Assembly (NCBI RefSeq): GCF_009914755.1 | Contig: NC_060939.1 | Reading direction: 5' to 3' (one strand) | Origin: the human T2T-CHM13v2.0 reference genome, Homo sapiens | DNA length: 64,000 nucleotides | Part shown: positions 42,417-52,630 of the stretch, in pieces | Position numbering within the stretch: the stretch's first letter is position 1 | Layout of the letters: every line of letters begins with the position of its first letter | The notes under the pieces: generated by a model | Seen by the model: only the letters and a program-made list of their open reading frames with translations | Told to the model about the DNA's origin: nothing | Database searches by the model: none | Translations under genes and position numbers: made by a program

Positions 42417-44009
42417 TTAGGCTGTCCTCACTGAGCCATTATTATTGCTGCTTTTACTGTAACTTGGATCATTTTTTTCCAGCCACATCTCAGCCAGCTG
42501 CTGTGTGGACCCATAGGTCGATGCTTTGGACCCCAAGCACATTTTGTACTGTTTGGGGTCAAGATTGGGATCACAAAAGACAGGATGGTGGACGTGGACT
42601 ACTCCTACTTCCTGGCTCCTAAACGTCTTCAAACCTGCCTGGACAACCTTGTTGAAAAGGTCCACATCCTCCAGCCCCCAGCCTTGGATGGAAACATCAA
42701 AGCCACCCACTTGGACAAGATCTCCCTTATAAATACACGTGATGCCAAACCCATAGTTTCTCCAGAAGCCAGTTTTCTGAGTAAAGGCAAAATGGTTGTC
42801 ACTGGGAACTTTCCCACTATAAACAATCTTTGGGTCATACTGGCTGAAGATGATTGGAAAATATATTTGTTGGCCCAGAACTGTATTTGCTCGACATCGC
42901 TGAAGGAATTCTGTAGTAAACACGAGGTCGACGTCGCAGAAGAAGAGCAAAGATTCATTGTTAAACTGGGAGGATCCTACTTCCAGGGCCAGGGCTCTTG
43001 AAAACTCTCCAGACACAGGCAAAATCTGCATGTCGGCTTTAGGGTACTTAATGCGGTAATCTCTCATCAGTTCAACTTGTTTGGCCTTGTCAGGGTTGGA
43101 GTCAGAATTGAAAAGCAGAACCACGAGCTTGACGTTCTGATTGGGGATAAGACACGTCTTCTCAAAGTTTCCCATAAATCTCACAAACATGTCGAAACGC
43201 CCAGACAAAGGAATCAGTATGTTTATCTTTTTATCTTTGGGTTCTTTGTGCTCACTCTTCGACCCAGGGAGCTGAAAGGGGACGAGCTTCTTCAGGGAGT
43301 TTGAGAGAAAGGACAAGGATCCAGATTCCTGATTGATTCTCTTGGCCAACTCTTGTGCATCCAGCTCCTCATGCTCCACAAACTGGATTTTGCTGAAAGT
43401 CTGCTGTAAATACGCGTGCCTCCTCACAGGGACCGTCATTTTCTTCCCTTTGTGCTTTTTGTACAGAAGCAGCAGGTCCAGGATGTACTCAGCCCCATAC
43501 ATGGGGTTCACCCGGCGGTAGCCGTACTGGATCTCTTTGAAGTCAATGATGCGCCCTCTGGTCTTGGCGTTGGCATTGATCATCTCCATGACCTGCATGA
43601 CAATGTCGTCCAAGGCTTCCCTCTGGGCGGAGTCCATTCCTCTTCGAGGGGGCTGGCCGTCAACTGCCGAATACAAGTATTTTCCAGTCAGAAACTCCCA
43701 TTCCAGAATCTCCTCTCGCTGGCGGGGCTGAAACCTCATGAAGGAGGGAGGGATTCCCAGCTGGAGGTCCTCTTTATGAATTTCTGTGTTGCTGTATTTG
43801 CTCATCAGGACAATTTCGCGGTGCAGCTGTATTGTGCGATGGCGGAGCTCGGATATCTTGCGGCTCAGCATGTAGCTGTGGAGCCTGTACTGGTAGGGTG
43901 GGTTTTTGTTGGGGTGTAATGTGATAGCTTGGTGAATTTTACTGTTATGGAGATCTCTAATGTACCCCTTTTTGTTCTGCTCGTAATTCTCATAAAAAAG
44001 CTGCTGCAT
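42417..44009 (-). CDS. CHSY1: Chondroitin sulfate synthase 1, terminal coding exon (approx. Met273-Ala802 plus TAA stop); C-terminal beta4-GalNAc-transferase (GT7-like) domain
   Basis: 530-aa ORF recognised as human CHSY1 (MQQLFYENYEQNKKGY...SSNNNGSVRTA). DxD motif FFCDVDLVF at 42927-42935 and GT7-type GWGLED motif. A canonical acceptor (ctctttttttttcctgtaacag|ATG) lies immediately upstream, so this is a spliced exon rather than a stand-alone gene. Confidence 0.98.
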   Translation of the reverse strand: MQQLFYENYEQNKKGYIRDLHNSKIHQAITLHPNKNPPYQYRLHSYMLSRKISELRHRTIQLHREIVLMSKYSNTEIHKEDLQLGIPPSFMRFQPRQREEILEWEFLTGKYLYSAVDGQPPRRGMDSAQREALDDIVMQVMEMINANAKTRGRIIDFKEIQYGYRRVNPMYGAEYILDLLLLYKKHKGKKMTVPVRRHAYLQQTFSKIQFVEHEELDAQELAKRINQESGSLSFLSNSLKKLVPFQLPGSKSEHKEPKDKKINILIPLSGRFDMFVRFMGNFEKTCLIPNQNVKLVVLLFNSDSNPDKAKQVELMRDYRIKYPKADMQILPVSGEFSRALALEVGSSQFNNESLLFFCDVDLVFTTEFLQRCRANTVLGQQIYFPIIFSQYDPKIVYSGKVPSDNHFAFTQKTGFWRNYGFGITCIYKGDLVQVGGFDVSIQGWGLEDVDLFNKVVQAGLKTFRSQEVGVVHVHHPVFCDPNLDPKQYKMCLGSKASTYGSTQQLAEMWLEKNDPSYSKSSNNNGSVRTA

Positions 44010-44045
44010 CTGTTACAGGAAAAAAAAGAGATCACAAATTTAGTA
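44010..44045 (-). promoter_or_regulatory. CHSY1: 3' splice site (polypyrimidine tract + AG) of the CHSY1 terminal exon
   Basis: Minus strand reads ...tactaaatttgtgatctctttttttttcctgtaacag|ATGCAG; AG at 44011-44010; phase-0 junction; possible branch point ~30 nt upstream. Confidence 0.93.
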
Positions 44046-46794
44046 TTGTATGATTGAGTGCCAGCACATGCTAAAGAAAATGCAAATATTAGAAATGTTT
44101 CTGAATGGACCACAGCACACAAAAGGCCCTAGATAAGGCCCGATCAACAGCAGTCCAATGTGGTTAGAAGAATTCACAGATAGAAACTGCTTAAGGAAGT
44201 AAGGGTTAATAACCAAAGTTGGCCAATATACTTTCACAGGCAAACAGAATTATGAAAAAGTTGTCCCATAATGAAAACATATAAAATTGAGATCACAGTG
44301 CACCACAGGAGCATGCCTGAAAGATAAAGCCACCCCCGTCCCACTACGCCTGTGAAAGGGACCCACAGAGTCATGCGTCCCTGGCTGAAGACCTGAATAG
44401 CAGATCCTGCGGCTTCTATCTGTGGGAATAAACTTCCTCCTGAGAGCCAGAAGAACTCCAGGCAAACAACCTGAGCGAAGGAGTACCCTGCTTCCAGGGA
44501 GCTAAGGGAAGGGAAAGCCTATCAGAGGCAGGAGGCGGCCTGGCCCTGCGAGGATGCTGCAGGGATGAATCAAGGCTCTGCTGAGGTCTCTGGAAGCAAA
44601 AGCACACGCTGAAAACCCTCTTCACGCTGCTGGCCTCCTGCGTACGAGGAAGGTACCCCTCTCCCAGGTCTTCTGTGGAGGCAGGAGCGGGCCTGCTTGC
44701 TCAGCACGGGGTCTCCGGCACCAGCACGGAGCTTGGTGCCTGGGGGATCAGAAAATGCTGGCAGATGGGAAACATGCAGGACGCACAGGGCTCACCATTC
44801 CACCAACCCTGCCTCCGCCCCGTGGCGCAGGTTTTGGGACAGCATAAGCTTACGGGCCATCAGCCAAAATGGGTTCCCTCAAGTTAGGAAGGGAATGTGC
44901 CTAATGCCTCAGTACATCTGGGCAAGGAGATGAACGTTTTTACAAAGCATGTTGGAATGCAGAGTAATAGTTTGCAAAAAATGTTCAGTGAAAGCATTTG
45001 AGGTTGGTATCTGGTAAATTAGTCCTGTTTCTTTCAAGTTCATGGTTGTTTTTTGTTCATATTGTTAAAGACTAACTCTTGGTAAGGGATGACACGCATT
45101 CTGGCTGACTGGTTTATTTGCCTCTGGACAATCATATGCTGACTCTTTCCTGAGCCACTGCAACTACCGTTTAATAGTAGAGAAATATAAATGGGCACTT
45201 TTATACCTTACTTCTTTTTCTCATAAGGTAAAAAGTAAACAGGGAGCTGGCATGCCTGCCAGGCCCCGCACAGAGCTGGGGTCTGATGAGGGCTAACCTC
45301 TACCTCCTGGGCACCCGTGAGTCCGGTCTTAGAGCAAGAATTAGAGCAGAATTACAGGTCCTCCAAAGTGCCGCCGCTGTTTCCAACTTTCCTTCCCACA
45401 CCGCTTATGCTCCCCACATGGCAGGTGCACGCATGGACTTACCACTGAAATCACTCCCACACTGTGGCACACTTTTCTAATTAATTAGAAAAGGTGGTGA
45501 GGTTTTCTGTGGGGGTAGGAAGCAGGGCCTCCCTAGGCTAGGAGGAGAAACTCCGACTCTGACCCCCATGCAGCACACAGGGCACACTTTATATGGAATT
45601 TTACATGCCCCTTCTGCTACCTACTATCAACTTTACTATCAACTACAGGAAAGCAAATCTCAAATTCTTGTTTTAAATAAACTGAAGCAAAGAAGTAACC
45701 TGGGGCTTGCTGAGAGAAGGCAGTAGGCGACTGGCACCGGGACTCCTTCAAGCCCTGATGGGCGGGCCAGATACAAACAACATGAAGATAAAGGCCCTGC
45801 CACAAGGCTTGGATGAACCACGTTAACTTATCTCTCTTTTTACTTTGCTCCTTCTGTGGGTCGCAACAAAAGAAGCCTGATGCACTTCCTGCCCAAAGCA
45901 TCCTTACTGTTCACTTTCTAGCTGGGCTGATTCTTGGGTACAAACGGCAGGGCTACAAGGTGGCAAATGTCATGTGGGGACTCAAAGAGAAGAAAGGTTG
46001 AGAAAGGTTATTTGCAGGCCATAAAACCTTGAAGCAAATATAGTCATTTTACAATCCTGTTGGGGCACTCGGAGGCACAGCAGTTACAAGGACCTGCTAC
46101 GGTGCCTCAGAAGACGCTCCCAGGGTCTGGGAAGCCATGCTTCCTGTTCCACCAAGGCCAGCCTTTGTAACGTGACTTAAGTAACTGCGCAGGCCACCAG
46201 ACCCCACCGCTGACTGCACCTGAGGATCTCATGGTAAGGAAGGCTCTTCCACGGCAGAGACCCACAAGCCCACAATGTGCCTAACTGAGAGCTAGCAGAG
46301 TCGTGACTGTCTGCTGTGAGATAAAAAGCTAGATGACAATTCCGGCAGAGATTCTACATGTATTTGTTTCAAGTATAAATTGTTTCCATTTCATCTGCTC
46401 ATAATTTCCAAATTCTTAACAATGAACACGAAGAACCATAATATCGTTTGTGGAAGGTCTCTCCATTTCCAAGAGTGTAAACACACATTAATTTGGCCTT
46501 ACAAGCTGTCTTCTACAGTGAGGTGAGAACAGTCTGAAGCATGTGCTGTTCCTTCTTTGCCCTGCAGGAAGCTCGTGCTGCCAATTCCATCTCCCCATGT
46601 ATCTCCGACCCTTCTCTCTCCAGCCCCACTGGGTCATGCCACAGGTTCCCCATGGGTCTGCTTGCAGAATTCTGTTCCTCCCTCAACAGTGCTTCAAGAC
46701 AGTAGCACAGAGGTATTCTTAGAACACACATTGGAGACTTATGGCTGAACAGGAGTGGTGGAACTGACATGATTTTCTCCTCTCTTCCCAAATA

Positions 46795-47500
46795 CAGTGG
46801 ATCCTTGAACGACGTGGGGGTTAGGAGTGCCGACTCCTCATGCAGTCAAAAACCCATGTATGAGTTTTGACTCCTAAAAAACTTAACTACTAATAGCCTA
46901 CTGTTGACTGGAAGTCTTATCAATAACAATCAATAACACATCTTTTGCATGTTGTGTGAATTATATACTGCATTCTTACAATAAAGGAAGCTAGAGAAAA
47001 GAAAATGTTATTAAGAAAATGGCATGGAAGGAAGAGTAAATACACTTACAGCACTGTATGTATTAATACTGTGAGTTTACATTGTCTGTTTACAAAATCA
47101 ACCGTCTGTATCTGAAATGGATGGGCCATTGCAGCTGCAGACCTCAATCTACAGTACCTAGCAAGCAATTCATCTTTTTCTTGTAATATTATGACTTTTC
47201 TGTTTCTTGGGAACCATTCAGCATGGTTAGTGGTACTTCATATGGGTCCCACGGTGTTATTCGAGGTTCACAGTATTGCACTAAATCTGATGAAAAATAT
47301 AAGAACTGCAAGAGATCGCTTTTGAATGCAATATGCAATTTTCTGGAGCGATGAACTGTTCAGGTGGGGATGATTAGTGTCACCCAGCATTTCAAGCCTA
47401 CATTTGCACCAGCTGAGCTCACCACAGTGGCAACAGGAGGCAGCTATGAAGTCACTACAGGAGTAGAGTATGTATCACAGTTGTTTTATACAGTTATGAA
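46795..47500. mobile_element. Tigger2-family DNA transposon fragment
   Basis: TA|cagtggatccttgaacgacgtgggggttagg...cttaactactaatagcctactgttgactggaag matches the remembered Tigger2 terminus. Confidence 0.8.
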
Positions 47501-47599
47501 TGAATGCTGCATCTTAGTCCTCTGGGTTTACTTCCTTGATAAATACATAACTCTGAAGTTTAGTTTTTCCAGAAATTACACCCAAGCACAAGGTGGTGA

Positions 47600-48700
47600 G
47601 GTGCAAGTCTGATAATGGGGAAATGGAAATTGGGGGACTTGAGCAGGACCCTGCCCTCATATCCCACTTGTGTCCCAGAAAACTTATTCCACTCCCCACC
47701 CCAAGCAGGAAACCGGAAGAGTCTTTTGGATCAATTGAACAGTACCATAGATACCTAGAGTCTGCCAACAAAAACATCACCCAAAAAGCTGGATCATTAC
47801 AGCAAAGACACTAGTTTTAAAAGCCTCTGCTACACAGCTCCTGGTCAGCTTCTCAATGCTTCACTCTTAATGAGAATCAACAGTCAAGGATCATCAGGGC
47901 AGCTGAAAAAGGGTTCTGAATGGGAATGATGAAAATAAAACAAAACAAAAGCAAAACCCTTGGTGGAACAGAAACAACGCAGTGAACAGAAGAAAAACAC
48001 AACAACAAAAACAAAAATCTACAATATAGTCAAAGGGAAGACAGTGCAACCAAAACAGAATGTGATAAACACGAAAATCAGAGGAAAAAACCCTTGAAAC
48101 CAAACACAAGACAGCAAAACAAAGGAGTAGAGTTTGAAGATAAAACTGAAGAAATCCCTAGAAGATCATAACGATAAAAAAAAACCAGACAACAGGAGAG
48201 AAAAGTATTCATTCTAGGAACAAAAAGCACACAGGAGGGAAAACAACAATATAAAAAAATGGATCCAGAATTAAGGGAGTCAGGTGCCTGGGTTAAACTC
48301 TAAGTATCCAGTATAAAAAGTACAGTATAAAAGTATCCAGTATAAAAACTACAGGAAAAAGCAATCTAAAAATTTCCACAGAGGAGGAAAAAGGGCATAT
48401 ACAAATAATCAGAAATGGAAATGGCACCGGACACAGATAACACCACTGGGAGCTGAAGAACAATGCCTTCAGAAGTGGGAGGAGTGGAAAATTATTCTCA
48501 GTGTAGAATTCTCTTCCCAAACTATCCATCCAGTGAGAACAGCAAAAGATGTCAGATACTCAGGACTCAATTTTACCTTGCATTCATTCCTTCCCAGGAA
48601 GCTACTGAAGGATATGTTCCTCTAAAGCAAGGAAAGAAAGCTGTAAAGAAGATGACAGGATCCAGGAAACAAGACGCATGGGCCAGAATGACCATGCAAG
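47600..48700 (+). mobile_element. Ancient L1/HAL1 ORF1-region remnant
   Basis: A-rich, with caatgccttcaga...aattattctcagtgtagaattctcttcccaaactatc phrases. Confidence 0.5.
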
Positions 48701-49412
48701 GAGGCACCACACGGACAGCCCTGCAGCAGCTGCGGGAACACGTGCAAACGGGGGAGGGTGTGGGTGCCCACTGCCTCCATCTCCAGAGTCCAGCTCAGTG
48801 CTTGACACATCGAGTTCATAACAAGTGAGGTCTTTAAACAGAGCAAGTATGGAGAAATTGTTGAATGACATCCATACAGAAGGAAACAGCTGATGATGAC
48901 AGACACGATATGTTACACATGGTAAACGGCATACAAGGATAAGGCTGGGCTCCTCTGGCCAGGATGTGTTTTAAAACGCAAAAATCAGCAGCATATTTAA
49001 AGAGAAAATATATACTACTCTGGAGAGATGATATAGTGGTCACCTTTTTTTTACTCCCTAGACCAAATGTGACTGCACACTTTATTCCTGGCCGTCCATA
49101 CCCCACACAGGGAGGGCGGGCCCCCACGGGAGGCCTCTACATGACTGACTACTTCTCACACACCCACTAGGACAACACATCCCCACACATTTTCAGGAAT
49201 CCATTTCACAAAGTGTTTTAGAAGCTGCCTACGGTTGTTACTTTCACAGAGTGTGTGTGCTAAGGGGGTGAACATGGAGAAAAGTATTGACTAAACAGGC
49301 TGGTAGAAGCTGTAAAACAGACTGAGGGTTTTAAACTACAGTGAAAGTTGCTGTAAGTACCTTCCGGCTAAACTCTACAAGTTTGAAATAAATGTGTTAC
49401 ATATATATATAA

Positions 49413-49678
49413 TTTTTTTTTTTTTTTGAGACAGGGTCTCCTTCTGTCATCCAGGCTGGAGTGCAGTGGTGTGATCTCAGCTCACTGCAACCTCCACCTC
49501 CCAGGGAGCTGGAACTACAAGCATACACCACCACATACAGCTAATTTTTGTATTTTTTTGTAGAGATGGGGTTTCACCAGGTTGCCCAGGCTGGTCTTGA
49601 ACTCCTGGGATCAAGCAATCTGCTTGCCTCGGCCTCCCAAAGCCCTGGGATTACAGACGTGAGCCACCCAGCCCGGCC
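49413..49678 (-). mobile_element. Alu with a right-arm deletion
   Basis: Antisense dimer lacking ~30 nt. Confidence 0.9.
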
Positions 49679-50433
49679 ATTTTCTTTTTTTAATGAAAAA
49701 GAAATCTGTTGTAAGATAAAAAGGTGTGTGTGAGTGGTGCACATGCACATGCTTGGGGGAGGGAGCACCTGAGAGAAAGTGAACTTAAAATAAAGCCAAG
49801 TCTACGCCCAGACTGGCTGGTGGCCCCTGCTCTGTCCCAGAGGAGTTACTTTTATTAATTTATTATTTATTAATGTTGCTACGGTATATAAACAATTCAG
49901 ACAGAGAAGTTCCTACCTGACAGACTGGGTGGAACACATACCTGTAATGATCTTTAAAAAAATCTAAACTCACGTCAAGGAAATAGCTCTCCCTTTCTAA
50001 AAGAGGGTGATGCGGGTTTAAGCAACAGGTGAGCAGACACTCTGTCGCAGGTAAGGCCGAGTACCTCCACCTTAACCAAGACCTGCCCAAATGGGCTTCG
50101 GGTGGTGCCCTTCAGCCAATTTCTGTACAAAGCCTTGTCATAAATGGCTTTGGTGTAGAGGTAGGGAAACATTTTCTTGTTACCCTCAGCGTGTGGAATG
50201 GGAGATGGAGAGGCAGAAATCAAATATGCTGTCTTTAGAGCTCTTTAAGAACAGGAAATGTGAAATATAATGCAAAGCAAAAATGTCAATGAGATATTAA
50301 AGCCAGGTTAGGAAAGAAATTCATACATCATCTGTGATTTCTGAATGGAGCAGGAAGGAAAACCTAGGGAAGCCCTGACGGGCCCCACCAGGCTCCAGGG
50401 CCATGGGACCTCCAGGCCAGCCCTTGCTCTGAG

Positions 50434-50673
50434 TGTGAACACCCTCCATGGAGCACCCTCCATCCTCCTTCCCTGTGAACACTCTCCATGGAGCACCCTC
50501 CATCCCCCTTCCCTGTGAACGCCCTCCATGGAGCACCCTCCATCCTCCTTCCCTGTGAACACTCTCCATGGAGCACCCTCCATCCTCCTTCCCTGTGAAC
50601 GCCCTCCATGGAGCACCCTCCATCCCCCTTCCCTGTGAACGCCCTCCATGGAGCACCCTCCATCCCCCTTCCC
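50434..50673. repeat. VNTR/minisatellite, 6 x 40 bp
   Basis: Unit tgtgaacRcYctccatggagcaccctccatccYccttccc, starting at 50434, 50474, 50514, 50554, 50594 and 50634. Confidence 0.97.
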
Positions 50674-51162
50674 CGCCTTCCCAGGTAGCCCTCCCATGTG
50701 ACCACATCAAGAGATCTCAGTGCTTCTGGATGGAATCTTTGCCTCTGTGGCAAGGCGGCCATTTGTACTGAACTTTTGAATCCCCTGCAATGTTCTCCTC
50801 GAAATATCTTTTTTTTTTTTTTTTTTTTTAACCTCACCAAGTTTCCAGTTTCTCTGCTGTGATTTGGGTTTTCCCTACTTCCTACCTTTCATTTTTCTTT
50901 GAGGATGCGTATTTAAGAGGCATGCTGTGGGTGAGATGAAACTGAATCATTTTGCTCTAGGCACATCAAGGAGAAATGCTGGTCATTAAGCGTTTAACGC
51001 CTACATCTCCAACCATCTCCCTGCTTTCCCTCATATTATGGGCTACGTCACTGCTCACCACCAGAATGCCATTAAGTAGGAAACACGCAGGTAGCATTTA
51101 ATTACTGAGCTCCAGGCAATTTCCTGCATTCAACAGGAAATTGTTGAAGTCCCTGACCCTTA

Positions 51163-51462
<300 letters not shown>

Positions 51463-51621
51463 TCACATGACTAAATTGCAATTTTCTTGTAACAGAAATA
51501 AGGCTACTATTTCTCTGGAAGAAAGTTTAGAATATAACAATTTCAAGAATAAAGCTGTAAGACCTTGGACAAGCTACTTGAATTGATCAAGTCTCAAGTT
51601 TTCTCATTTATAAAATGACTG

Positions 51622-51950
51622 GGCTGGGCAAGGTGGCTCACACCTGTAACCTCAGCACTTTGTGGGGCTGAGGCGGGAGGACTGCTTGAGCCCAGGGATT
51701 CAAGATGAGCTTGGGCAACATGGTGAAATCCTATCTCTACAAATAATTAAAAAATTAGCCAGATGTGGTGGCACATGCCTGTGGTCCCAGTTACTCAGGA
51801 GGCTGAGGGGGGAGGATCACGAGCCTGGGAGGTCGAGGCTGCAGTGAGCCATGATCGCACTACTGCACTCCAGCCTAGGTGACAGTGCAAGACCCTGTCA
51901 AAACAAAAACAAAAACAAAAACAAAAACAAACAGACAAAAAACACAAAAA
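51622..51950 (+). mobile_element. AluJ inserted in a MIR
   Basis: ggtcgaggctgcagtgagccatgatcgc; (AAAAAC)n tail. Confidence 0.9.
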
Positions 51951-52276
51951 AGTGACTGCATTGTACTAGACAGAGGATCCGTCAAGGTAAAGAATTCAAA
52001 GATCTTATGTGACCATGTCAGAACGAGTCACAAATCCTCTGAAGCCCAGCTCTGACATTCTTCTGCCCACCTACTCCTGCTATGGCTGAAGCTGCAGCAA
52101 TATCTTCATTGACTGAAACTATATTTGAAGCATTAAAGGGCAATAACACGTCCCTATTAACTGTTTCTATCCTGTGAAACTTAATCTCCAACTCCTCTAT
52201 AAAATTAGTTATAAATACGAGATTCTTAACAGTTCATTTTAGTAACTCCAGGAATAAAGTAATGACATTTTTGTTA

Positions 52277-52630
<354 letters not shown>

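Noticed and set aside
42526-43919. Antisense and alternative-frame ORFs over the CHSY1 exon
   Set aside because: Expected shadow ORFs of a coding exon; no independent signals.
42417-44009. Intronless gene or processed pseudogene of CHSY1
   Set aside because: A canonical splice acceptor directly precedes the ATG, the ORF is intact, and there is no genomic poly-A tail or TSD; it is the true terminal exon.
50434-50673. CRISPR-like array (regular palindromic repeats) and its three overlapping ORFs
   Set aside because: Units are contiguous with no unique spacers, there are no cas genes, and the context is a human intron; it is a minisatellite whose unit lacks stops.
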